Positions 1 to 8,374 of a DNA stretch of 50,221 nucleotides are shown in pieces. Under the pieces are notes generated by a model. That model was not told where the DNA came from. It saw nothing but the letters and a program-made list of their open reading frames with translations, and did no database searches. Position 1 is the first letter of the stretch. Each line of letters starts with the position of its first letter. Made by a program: the position numbers and the translations under genes. Source of the DNA: a candidate division WOR-3 bacterium (lineage in GTDB: Bacteria; Hydrothermota; Tepidihabitantia; Tepidihabitantales; Tepidihabitantaceae); assembly GCA_037441285.1 (NCBI GenBank), contig JBBISL010000009.1, forward strand, positions 16,730 to 66,950. Reading direction: 5' to 3'.

Positions 1-2
1 AG

Positions 3-941
3 AACCCGATTCTGACCGCGGCGGACTGGCCCTATACGGTGAATACCGTGTTCAATCCGGGCGCGGTGCTATTGCCTGACGGTACGATTTTGCTTTTGTG
101 CCGGGTTGAGGACCGGCGCGGGATTTCACACTTATGTGTTGCCCGTTCGGTCAATGGGATTGACAACTGGCAGATTGAACCGGAGCCGAGTTTGGCGCCC
201 GACCCGAGCCGATTTCCGGAGGAGTTGTGGGGGGTTGAAGACCCGCGCATCACCTATGGGGAGAAACTGGGAAAGTATGCCATTACCTATACCGCCTATT
301 CGCGAGCCGGTCCGGCGGTTGGCTTGGCGCTGACCCGGGACTTCAAAAATTTTGAGCGACTTGGGGTGGTGATGCCACCGGCAGATAAGGATGCGGCGCT
401 ATTGCCCCGGCGGTTCAATGGCTACTGGTTGATGGTGCACCGACCAACGACATCGCTCGGCGCCCACATCTACATCTCCCAATCGCCCGATTTGATACAC
501 TGGTGCCGACATCATCTGGTGATACCGGCGCGGCAGGGTGCCTGGTGGGATGCCAGTAGGGTTGGGCTGGCAACACCACCAATGGAGACACCGCGCGGCT
601 GGCTGATTTTTTACCACGGGGTGAAAGATACACCGAGCGGTTCAATTTACCGGGTTGGTCTGGCGCTACTCGATTTAGAGGAACCCTGGCGCGGTGTGCG
701 GCGGGGCAGCGAATGGATATTCGGTCCAATGAAGCCTTACGAACGGGTGGGCGATGTGCCCAGTGTTGTCTTTCCCTGTGGTGCGGTCTTGGAGCCGGAT
801 GGTGATACCCTGCGGGTTTCCTATGGTGCCGCAGACACCTCAATCTGTCTTGCCACGGCGAGTCTCAAAGAGTTACTGGAGTGGCTGGAGGCGCACACCT
901 CAGAAACCTGTGAGATGCCGGGCGAGCGGATGATTACTTAA
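3..941 (+). CDS. GH130-family glycosidase / mannoside phosphorylase-like protein (5' truncated by window edge)
   Basis: Frame open from position 3 (NPILTAADWPYTVNTVFNPGA); motifs VFNPGA, EDPRI, KDAAL, HRP, YHGV, VVFPCG, YGAAD typical of GH130 five-bladed propellers. Confidence 0.85.
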   Translation, partial: NPILTAADWPYTVNTVFNPGAVLLPDGTILLLCRVEDRRGISHLCVARSVNGIDNWQIEPEPSLAPDPSRFPEELWGVEDPRITYGEKLGKYAITYTAYSRAGPAVGLALTRDFKNFERLGVVMPPADKDAALLPRRFNGYWLMVHRPTTSLGAHIYISQSPDLIHWCRHHLVIPARQGAWWDASRVGLATPPMETPRGWLIFYHGVKDTPSGSIYRVGLALLDLEEPWRGVRRGSEWIFGPMKPYERVGDVPSVVFPCGAVLEPDGDTLRVSYGAADTSICLATASLKELLEWLEAHTSETCEMPGERMIT

Positions 942-1926
942 CAATTTTGGCAAGAGCGGTTTTCCGCCGGCAGAGGTAGATGTCGGCTTCAATCATATGC
1001 GATGATTCGCCGCCCGAGTAAAAATGGTGGACAAAGTAGAGATTACCCTCGTCGTCAAGCGTAGGTTCACCAGCAAATTGGCCGACGATTAACTCAGCCC
1101 GCTGCCATTGTCCGGCGGGGTCTTTTCGGCAGCGATAGACGCACGGTCCGACCAAACTGTCATTCCAGCCGGTGAACCACAACTCGCTGCCATCGGATGA
1201 CAGAAAAGGCTGGCCTTCATCCCGGGCGCTGTTGACCAGCGGTCCCAGGTTAACCGGTTCGGTCCAGCCCGATGGGGTGCGTTCGGAACGGCAGATGTCA
1301 AGACCACCGTGAACCCCAGTTTTGCCATAGTACATGGTGCGATGGTCGGCGCTGATGTGGAGTTCACCGGGTTTGAGTTCTTCATTAATCTGTGGGCCGG
1401 CGTTGCGCCAGTTACCCCATTTACCATTGCGGCGTGTCGCGAGATACCAGTCAATTTCGCCATAGTTACCAGACCGGACTGAGGCAAACCACATCGTATC
1501 GCCCATTACAAACTGTGCGCCATCAAGCGATATGTCGTTGTTCAGCACCACGCGCTCCGGCTCGGTCCAAAGACCATTTTCCAGCCGGCAGTGCCACATA
1601 CCGGTAACGCCGTCCACGATTTGTTTTTCCGCCGGAACCGAGACATCGGGCGTAAAAAAGAAGTAGAACTCAGAGCCGTCCGGGGTGATAAAAGGTGAGT
1701 CCTCAGCGCCGGCGGTGTTCACCGGTCCGGGCATTGGTACCGGTGGTTCCCATTCGGTAGAGAATAAGATGGGAGGGAACGAATCCATTTCCGGGTGCAT
1801 CTTTACGGCATTGGGGGGAATCGTTTCGGCGCGGTCTTTAAGTAAAAGCGGCTTTTTGCATACGGTTATTGTCAGCAGTCCGGAATTGACTACAGCCAGA
1901 AGTAGTGTCCAGAGTTGTTTATTCAT
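934..1926 (-). CDS. Exported PD40/WD40-like beta-propeller protein, possible lipoprotein
   Basis: N-terminal hydrophobic signal ending ITVC; repeats VNTAGAEDSPFITPDGSEFYF and VNSARDEGQPFLSSDGSELWF match PD40 repeats. Confidence 0.7.
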   Translation of the reverse strand: MNKQLWTLLLAVVNSGLLTITVCKKPLLLKDRAETIPPNAVKMHPEMDSFPPILFSTEWEPPVPMPGPVNTAGAEDSPFITPDGSEFYFFFTPDVSVPAEKQIVDGVTGMWHCRLENGLWTEPERVVLNNDISLDGAQFVMGDTMWFASVRSGNYGEIDWYLATRRNGKWGNWRNAGPQINEELKPGELHISADHRTMYYGKTGVHGGLDICRSERTPSGWTEPVNLGPLVNSARDEGQPFLSSDGSELWFTGWNDSLVGPCVYRCRKDPAGQWQRAELIVGQFAGEPTLDDEGNLYFVHHFYSGGESSHMIEADIYLCRRKTALAKIVK

Positions 1927-1932
1927 TAGTTG

Positions 1933-1960
1933 ATACTAACCGCGCAAACGGTGGTGTCAA
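1933..1960 (-). promoter_or_regulatory. sigma70-type promoter (leaderless-type)
   Basis: TTGACA-16 nt-TAGTAT, then 6 nt to ATG at 1926. Confidence 0.6.
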
Positions 1961-1977
1961 ATTGCCGTTTTAGGTAA

Positions 1978-2730
1978 TTAGCGAGAAGGTTCGTCAGGTG
2001 GCAGGTCCTTTTTCAGGGCGGCGAGTTTTGCTGACTGATGGGCGGACTGTTCTGCCTGGCGCCGGGTGAGTTCAAAGAATACGACCCAGACGAGAACGGA
2101 AAATACAATGAGGCTGCCGATAAGGAGCGGGCGCTGGGCAAGGGCGACAACAACAAAGTCGTAGATGCCGTGGGCACAGATTGCCAAGAAGAGTCCGAAG
2201 AGACCCAGGAGATTTGCCTTGGTCTCGGTTGGAGCAAACTTTGCCTCACCGAGGAAGTAACCCATTAAGACGCCGTAGAAGGCGTGGCTGGGAACCGCGA
2301 GGAGGGCGCGCATCACGCCGGTGCGGATGGGTCCGGTAGCGGTGGTGCCGAATATGTAGAGGATGTTTTCAAGGGTGGCAAAACCGAGCGCCACCGCCGT
2401 GGAATAAAGGATACCATCATAGGGTTCGTCAAACTCGGGGCGGTGATAGCAGTAGAAACGGACAATAAAGAACTTCCAGAACTCTTCTACCAGCCCGGCA
2501 ATGAGAAAGGCGCCGAGGAAGATTTTGGTAATAGTTAAAGGGGGCGTAAACCAACCGGTGAGGCGCTGAATTAGGGAAGATGTGGCGGATGCCGGCAGGG
2601 TAACAATTGCCCCGAGCAGGAAGGCGATAAAAACGGGACCAAATGGCTCTTTTTTGTATTTGTCCCGGAGGTAGAAAAATAGCATCAGACCGATACCGGG
2701 GAGAAGCGCCAGAATCAAAAGCCAGACCAT
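1978..2730 (-). CDS. prsW: PrsW-family intramembrane metalloprotease
   Basis: RDKYKKEP, AGLVEEFWK, FDEPYDG, GFATLEN, PSHA, HGIYD motifs; multiple TM helices. Confidence 0.9.
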   Translation of the reverse strand: MVWLLILALLPGIGLMLFFYLRDKYKKEPFGPVFIAFLLGAIVTLPASATSSLIQRLTGWFTPPLTITKIFLGAFLIAGLVEEFWKFFIVRFYCYHRPEFDEPYDGILYSTAVALGFATLENILYIFGTTATGPIRTGVMRALLAVPSHAFYGVLMGYFLGEAKFAPTETKANLLGLFGLFLAICAHGIYDFVVVALAQRPLLIGSLIVFSVLVWVVFFELTRRQAEQSAHQSAKLAALKKDLPPDEPSR

Positions 2731-2762
2731 TAAAAGTTATTTTCTATTGGATAGTTGGTAAG

Positions 2763-3128
2763 TCAATACTGGTAGAGCCAGAAGGGTTTGAGGATGCGGC
2801 GCATAACTAATAGCAAAATGAGGAGACTGTATCCGGTGCTGATAAGGCCGTTGATGAGCCACTGGCGCCGGGTAAAACGTTTGACACCAGCGAGACGCAG
2901 TGAGGCAAAATGGATGAAGAGTAATCCGGTGATGTTGGTGAGCCAGTAACCGGCGATGATGCCCGGTATGAAAAGCCGGGACGAGAAAAGGGAGCAAAGA
3001 CAGGCGAAAAGATAGGCAAGAGGAAAGTTGATGAACAGGTCGTTCCACCAGGACAAGGGCGAAAGGAGATAACCGATGCTGATAAGCAGCCAGTACAGGA
3101 AGTGGTTTTTGCTCCGGTTGAGTCCCAT
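2763..3128 (-). CDS. Hypothetical membrane protein
   Basis: 121 aa hydrophobic ORF with GYLLSPLSWWNDLFIN; own promoter directly upstream. Confidence 0.7.
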   Translation of the reverse strand: MGLNRSKNHFLYWLLISIGYLLSPLSWWNDLFINFPLAYLFACLCSLFSSRLFIPGIIAGYWLTNITGLLFIHFASLRLAGVKRFTRRQWLINGLISTGYSLLILLLVMRRILKPFWLYQY

Positions 3129-3134
3129 CCTGAT

Positions 3135-3163
3135 ATTATAATATTTGGTTTTCGCTCGGGCAA
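3135..3163 (-). promoter_or_regulatory. sigma70-type promoter (leaderless-type)
   Basis: TTGCCC-17-TATAAT, 6 nt to ATG at 3128. Confidence 0.65.
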
Positions 3164-3172
3164 GGTATTGTC

Positions 3173-3201
3173 TTGACCAAAACAGGTAATCGGTTTAAGA
3201 T
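3173..3201 (+). promoter_or_regulatory. sigma70-type promoter, divergent partner
   Basis: TTGACC-17-TAAGAT, 8 nt to ATG at 3210, no SD. Confidence 0.65.
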
Positions 3202-3209
3202 AAGAGCCG

Positions 3210-4331
3210 ATGCGGATACTTGTTGTCAACTGGCGGTGTGTCCAAAATCCGGAGGCGGGTGGCGCCGAGGTGTACTTTCAGGAGGTTTTTCGACGGCTGG
3301 TGGCACGCGGGCACTGTGTGACCCTGTTGTGTGAACGGTACAAAGGTGCAGCGGCGGAGGATGAGATTGACGGGATAAAGGTTTTGCGCCGGGGTGGGAA
3401 GTGGACTTTTAATTTCACCGTTTACCGGCAGTTGAGCCGAATTGTGGCTGAGGGCGATTACGATGTGGTGGTGGACGATTTGAATAAGATTCCGTTTTAT
3501 TCACCCTGGTTTGTGAAGAAGCCGGTGGCGGTGCTTTTGATGCACCTTTTCCGGGGGAGTATTTTTAAGGAGGTTGTCGCACCACTTGCCGGTTATGTTT
3601 ATCTGGCCGAGAGTATGATTCCGCTGGCGTATCGGGGGTGCCGTTTTGCGGTGCTGTCGGAGAGTTCAAAGCGGGATGTGGTTCGGCTGGGCATTAACCC
3701 GGAAATGATTACCGTGGTGCCACCGGGAACAGATTTTGAGAAGTTTAAGCCCGACCCTGCAGCGCCGCGGGAGCCGATGGTGCTTCATGTCGGCAGGTTA
3801 AAGAAGTACAAATCAACCGAACATCTGCTTTATGCGGCGCGGCTTCTGCAGGAGCGGGGTCGGCAGTTCAAGGTGGTAATTGTGGGTACGGGTGACGATT
3901 TACCCCGGCTGAAAGAACTGAGCAGGAAATTGGGGATACAGGATACAGTGGTCTTTACCGGTTTTGTACCGGAGGAGGAGAAGGTCAAATGGTATCAACG
4001 CAGTGCGGTGTTGGTTGAGAGTTCAATAAAGGAGGGCTGGGGGTTGATTGTGATGGAGGCGAATGGTTGTGGCACACCGGTGGTTGTTGCCCGCTCGCCT
4101 GGTCTGGTGGACTCTTCGCGCGATGGGGTCAACGGACTGTTTTACACTTATGGTAATGTGCAGGAGCTGGCGGATAAGATTGACCAGCTTTTACAGGATG
4201 AGGAGTTGCGGTGCCGGCTGGGTGCGCAGGCGATTGATTGGGCGCGGCAGTGGACCTGGGACGGTGCCGCGGATAAAATTGAACAGATGCTTTTGCAAAC
4301 ACTGGAGGGAAGAAGAGATGGGCTCGGATAG
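3210..4331 (+). CDS. Glycosyltransferase family 4 (GT-B)
   Basis: NPEAGGAE N-terminus, VGRLKKYK, EGWGLIVMEANGCGTPVV (ExxGxxxxEA motif). Confidence 0.92.
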   Translation: MRILVVNWRCVQNPEAGGAEVYFQEVFRRLVARGHCVTLLCERYKGAAAEDEIDGIKVLRRGGKWTFNFTVYRQLSRIVAEGDYDVVVDDLNKIPFYSPWFVKKPVAVLLMHLFRGSIFKEVVAPLAGYVYLAESMIPLAYRGCRFAVLSESSKRDVVRLGINPEMITVVPPGTDFEKFKPDPAAPREPMVLHVGRLKKYKSTEHLLYAARLLQERGRQFKVVIVGTGDDLPRLKELSRKLGIQDTVVFTGFVPEEEKVKWYQRSAVLVESSIKEGWGLIVMEANGCGTPVVVARSPGLVDSSRDGVNGLFYTYGNVQELADKIDQLLQDEELRCRLGAQAIDWARQWTWDGAADKIEQMLLQTLEGRRDGLG

Positions 4332-5322
4332 CTTGCCAATGGCACTTGAGTGCCAGAATGTGGTGAAGAAGTTCCGCCGGGGTAAGGGTTTGAAGCGGCG
4401 GATATTAAGGGCGCTGGATGGCGCAACTCTATCCCTGCGCTCCGGTGAGCTTTTTGGACTTTTGGGACCGAACGGTGCCGGCAAGACGACGCTGGTGCGC
4501 TGCATCGCCACGCTTTTGATACCGGATGTGGGGACAATTCGGCTTTTCGGGCACGATGTTTTTAAGGATACGCTTTTCTGCCGGCAGCAAATCGGGCTTT
4601 TGACTTCGGGCGAACGGACACTCTACTGGAAACTTTCTGCCCGGGACAATCTGAAGTTCTTTGCCGCGCTGTACGGACTTTCGGGTAAGGAGCGGGACCG
4701 GCGGATTGAGTACCTCTTGGAACTGCTGGGACTGAAAGAGGTGGCAAACGAGCGGCTGGAGCGTTACTCGTCGGGAATGAAACAGAAGGTGAGTCTGGCG
4801 CGGGCGATGCTGCACGACCCTAAACTTTTACTTCTGGATGAACCGACGCTGGGACTGGACCCGCAGTTTGGCAGATTTATCCGCCAGTTTATCAAGGAGG
4901 AGTTGAATAAAAAGCAGGGTAAGACGATTCTTTTGACCACCCATTATATGGATGAGGCGGATGAGTTGTGCGAGCGGATCGCCTTTATCAACCGCGGTAA
5001 GATTGTAGATATTAAGCCACCCGAGGAGTTCAAGCGGGACATTCCCCACAAAGAGGTGCTCTCGGTGCGCTGTCAGGGGGTGGTGGATATCAGCCGGTTG
5101 CAGGCGCTGCCCGGGGTGGAGAGGTTGAGCACGGAGAGCCGGGACGGGGTGACAACGGTGAAGATTCTTGCCCCAAGGGCTGAGGGGATTTTGAGCGATG
5201 TGATTGAGGCGGTGCGGACCAGTGCGAAGATTCTGACGATTGATGTCCAGGAGCCGACACTGGAGGATGTTTTTATCTATATGACCGGCACCTCGCTGGC
5301 GGCGGACACAACCGAGGGGTGA
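4318..5322 (+). CDS. ABC transporter ATP-binding protein (DrrA/ABC-2 type)
   Basis: Walker A GPNGAGKTT, signature YSSGMKQK, Walker B LLLLDEPT, TTHYMDEA; start placed at ATG 4318 behind GGAGG. Confidence 0.93.
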   Translation: MGSDSLPMALECQNVVKKFRRGKGLKRRILRALDGATLSLRSGELFGLLGPNGAGKTTLVRCIATLLIPDVGTIRLFGHDVFKDTLFCRQQIGLLTSGERTLYWKLSARDNLKFFAALYGLSGKERDRRIEYLLELLGLKEVANERLERYSSGMKQKVSLARAMLHDPKLLLLDEPTLGLDPQFGRFIRQFIKEELNKKQGKTILLTTHYMDEADELCERIAFINRGKIVDIKPPEEFKRDIPHKEVLSVRCQGVVDISRLQALPGVERLSTESRDGVTTVKILAPRAEGILSDVIEAVRTSAKILTIDVQEPTLEDVFIYMTGTSLAADTTEG

Positions 5323-5326
5323 AGCG

Positions 5327-6157
5327 ATGCGGGCGCTGGGTGTGGAACTGCGGGCGCTGGGTGCCGAGTTTGGTAAGACGATTCGCATCTGGTTGTCCTA
5401 CCCGATAATGATTTTCTTCTGGGCGGTTTTTCCGCTCATCTGGGTGATGCCTTATGTATTTCAGGGAAAGGCACTGGTGGGTGGTGCGACAAGCGAATCT
5501 TTTCGTCAGTTAACCGGGTCGGGGAACTATCTGGCGTTTGTGTTGATTGGTGCGATGATTTCGACCTTTGTGTTTTCGGCGCTCTGGGGGGTGGGAAACT
5601 CGTTGCGCGAGGAGACCTACTGGGGTACGATGGAGTATATCATTGCTTCGCCCACCCATCCGCTGGTGATTTTAATTGGCAAGACCCTGGCTGAGTGGGC
5701 ATGGTCAACAGTGATGGCGGTATTTCAAGCGGCAATCATCGGCATCTTTTTTGGGGTTCGGTTTACCATTGACAAGGTTCTGCCGATTATACTTCTGGTC
5801 GGGCTTTTGATGATTGGGTTTTACGGGTTTGCCATCGCCTTTGCCGGTTTCACGCTGTTGATTAAAGAGGTCCACGGCTGGGTGCATACGCTGGAGTGGA
5901 TATTCTTTCTGTTTTCACCGATTCGTTATCCGGTGCAGGTGAATCCGATTACCGCGGTGGTGAGCACTTTGATTCCTCTTACCTGGGCGCTGGTTGCGAT
6001 TCGAGGAATTATTTTGCTGAACAAGTCGGAGGTTAACTTCTGGCAGACGGTTTTGATTTTAGTGATAATGGATGCGGTGCTGCTGACCGCCGGCTACTTT
6101 CTTTTTGTCTACTTAGAGAAGAAGACACGGCGTGATGGCACGGTGGGGATGCATTGA
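5327..6157 (+). CDS. ABC-2 transporter permease
   Basis: About 6 TM helices, EETYWGTMEYIIASP motif, follows the ATPase. Confidence 0.88.
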   Translation: MRALGVELRALGAEFGKTIRIWLSYPIMIFFWAVFPLIWVMPYVFQGKALVGGATSESFRQLTGSGNYLAFVLIGAMISTFVFSALWGVGNSLREETYWGTMEYIIASPTHPLVILIGKTLAEWAWSTVMAVFQAAIIGIFFGVRFTIDKVLPIILLVGLLMIGFYGFAIAFAGFTLLIKEVHGWVHTLEWIFFLFSPIRYPVQVNPITAVVSTLIPLTWALVAIRGIILLNKSEVNFWQTVLILVIMDAVLLTAGYFLFVYLEKKTRRDGTVGMH

Positions 6158-6159
6158 AA

Positions 6160-7041
6160 ATGAAGAGCGGTGAAACATTTTCTACCGGAACAGGGATTCA
6201 TAAAGTGATTAAGTGGTTGCGCCATTATGGGGCAGCAGTCTGGGCGGAGAATATCAAGGAGTGGAAACTGGAGTTGACCTACAAGGCGGACTTTGCCCGC
6301 GGTTTAATCGACCCGGTGGTGTATCTCCTTCCCTATCTCCTTTACGGTATCGCTCTGGTTGGGGGCAGGCAGTCTTCGAGTCTACAAAACCTCGTGGGCA
6401 CATCGGACATCGTAACCTTTATTACCCTGGGCTATCTGTTCATCGGCTTTCTCAATATGGCGCTGTGGGCGATGGGATTCAGTCTGAGGAAGGAGCAGTT
6501 TTACGGGACATTGGAGTCGGTTTTTGCCGCACCGGTGCCACGCTGGGTTTTCAGTATGGGAATGGCATTGCACTCAATCTTACACCAGTTGTTGATGATT
6601 GCGGTGCAGATTGTTTTTATCCTTTTGGTATTCAGCATCAAAATCAACCCCCTGGGACTGCTGCCAACACTTTTGGTGATTGGATTGATGCTGGTAGCGC
6701 TTTACGGCATCGGGATGTTTATGGCAAGTTTTACGCTGCTTTTCAAGCAGGGGTGGCTGGTGAGCGAGGCGCTTTCCAGCATATTGATGATTCTTACCCC
6801 TATTGCCTATCCCCTGGCGGTGCTACCGGTCTTTTTGCAGAAACTGGCGCTGTTTGTACCCACAACCTATGGGATATTGACCGCGCGCCACTTTCTGATG
6901 GGAGAGAAGATTGATTTTACTTTAACCGATGCGTTTGTCCGGCTCGGGCTTTTGTCTTTGCTGTGGGTTGGTTTTGGCTTATTTGTGTTTATGCTGATTG
7001 ACCATCGGACCCGACGCTCCGGGACATTGAGCCACTACTGA
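6160..7041 (+). CDS. ABC-2 transporter permease (second)
   Basis: Paralog of upstream permease (KEQFYGTLESVFAAP; C-terminal RRSGTLSHY vs RRDGTVGMH). Confidence 0.88.
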   Translation: MKSGETFSTGTGIHKVIKWLRHYGAAVWAENIKEWKLELTYKADFARGLIDPVVYLLPYLLYGIALVGGRQSSSLQNLVGTSDIVTFITLGYLFIGFLNMALWAMGFSLRKEQFYGTLESVFAAPVPRWVFSMGMALHSILHQLLMIAVQIVFILLVFSIKINPLGLLPTLLVIGLMLVALYGIGMFMASFTLLFKQGWLVSEALSSILMILTPIAYPLAVLPVFLQKLALFVPTTYGILTARHFLMGEKIDFTLTDAFVRLGLLSLLWVGFGLFVFMLIDHRTRRSGTLSHY

Positions 7042-7042
7042 G

Positions 7043-7963
7043 ATGAAGATTGGTATTACGCTGGGCGACCCGGCAGGAGTTGGTCCGGAAACGGTCCTGC
7101 GAGCAGTTCAGGAAACGGGCGCGAGGGATTTGTTGCTCATCGGTTCGGAAGAGGTTCTGGTGCGGGAGTCAAGACGGCTGAAGGTTGGTTATGATGGGGC
7201 CGGGGTAATAGACACGGGACCAGTTGGTAAATACGAATATGGGATGGTGCAGAAGAGTTGTGGTGCGGCGGCGTGGCGGGCGCTCGAAAGGGGGGTCGAG
7301 TTGTTGAAAAACGGGGCGATTGGTGCGCTTGTCACCGCACCGGTTTCCAAGGAGGCGTTAAGGCTTGCCGGTTTTCCGTTTCCGGGTCAAACCGAGTTTC
7401 TTGCCCAACGGTTAAGAGCCCGACGGTATGCGATGCTTGCCTGGTCAAGGTGGTTTAAGGTGATTTTTGTGACAATCCATCTGCCGCTCAGGCAGGTTGC
7501 GCCCCTGATTACCGCCCGCGCGGTGCGCGAGAAGATATTACTCCTTGACGACTTTTTAAGGCAAGAAAGCCGAAAACGATATAAAGGGAGCAGAGGGCCA
7601 AGGATTGCGGTCCTCGCCTTCAACCCGCATGGTAAGGAGTTCTCTTTGGGTGAGGAGCGGCGGATTGAAAGCGCGATTAAAGCGGTACAGAGAAAAGGGG
7701 TGAAGGCGTTTGGACCAATTCCGGCCGATGCCATTTTTGCCCATCTGGATGATTTTGATGGATTTGTGGCAATGTACCACGACCAGGCGATGATTCCGGC
7801 AAAGATTCTATCCCGAGGTAGGGGGGTTAATGTTACCTTGGGACTAAAAAAGTTTCGGACCTCGCCCCTGCACGGTGTTGCCTTTGATATTGCGGGCAAA
7901 GGTCTGGCATCACACCACTCAACGCTTGCCGCAATTCGGCTTGCCCGGAAACTTGCCCAATAA
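7043..7963 (+). CDS. pdxA: 4-hydroxythreonine-4-phosphate dehydrogenase PdxA family
   Basis: ITLGDPAGVGPE, VTAPVSK, VTIHLPL, NPH, MYHDQ, RTSPLHGVAFDIAGKG. Confidence 0.9.
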   Translation: MKIGITLGDPAGVGPETVLRAVQETGARDLLLIGSEEVLVRESRRLKVGYDGAGVIDTGPVGKYEYGMVQKSCGAAAWRALERGVELLKNGAIGALVTAPVSKEALRLAGFPFPGQTEFLAQRLRARRYAMLAWSRWFKVIFVTIHLPLRQVAPLITARAVREKILLLDDFLRQESRKRYKGSRGPRIAVLAFNPHGKEFSLGEERRIESAIKAVQRKGVKAFGPIPADAIFAHLDDFDGFVAMYHDQAMIPAKILSRGRGVNVTLGLKKFRTSPLHGVAFDIAGKGLASHHSTLAAIRLARKLAQ

Positions 7964-8029
7964 AGCAGTTTTTAACCAAGTGCGCCCAATTGTTTAACGC
8001 ATTGATAATCTGGTAGTTATAACCGCAAG

Positions 8030-8177
8030 ACAAAATGTGAGGTGGATGCGGCCAGGGCCGGTTTCAGGCGAGGCTTTTTGGTGGGATTGGAATGCGAGGG
8101 CATTCCTTTGGGCTTTTTGAGGAGGTTGAGATGCCGTTCCGTCGCCTGAAACAACCGCCTCCACCTCACCAAATTGT
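8030..8177 (-). ncRNA. Candidate ~145 nt structured small RNA (6S-like rod with large central bubble; family unassigned)
   Basis: Ends pair: GUGAGGUGGA/UCCACCUCAC, GCGG/CCGC, GUUUCAGGCGA/UCGCCUGAAAC; inner hairpin GGAAUGC-CCUC-GCAUUCC; near-consensus promoter immediately upstream; followed by AUUUUGU. Confidence 0.6.
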
Positions 8178-8182
8178 GGGTA

Positions 8183-8211
8183 ATTTTAACAATCTCAAAA
8201 CCTTTTGTCAA
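8183..8211 (-). promoter_or_regulatory. sigma70 promoter for the candidate sRNA
   Basis: TTGACA-17-TAAAAT with TGn extended -10. Confidence 0.75.
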
Positions 8212-8280
8212 CAAAAATCTTTAATTGAATTTTCGGCGGGCAAATTAACCCCGAGCGGGAGTTTTGGGCGTTACTAATCC

Positions 8281-8309
8281 TTGACAGATTAATTTGGCGT
8301 TGTTATCAT
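8281..8309 (+). promoter_or_regulatory. sigma70 promoter of asnA
   Basis: TTGACA-17-TATCAT with TGn extended -10; SD AAGGAG downstream. Confidence 0.75.
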
Positions 8310-8374
8310 TTTAACGCCGGTATTCCTTAAAACATAAAGTAAAAGTTAATTAACAAAAAGGAGTGTGTGTAAGG

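Noticed and set aside
8017..8277. ORFs 8017-8214(-) and 8092-8277(+)
   Set aside because: The starts lie inside the promoter or the hairpin and the products are not protein-like; the region is better explained as a structured RNA
8310..8374. T-box or riboswitch upstream of asnA (also checked before leuS and lysC)
   Set aside because: The asnA leader is only ~60 nt and AT-rich with no T-box sequence; leuS and lysC are operon-internal with no room for one
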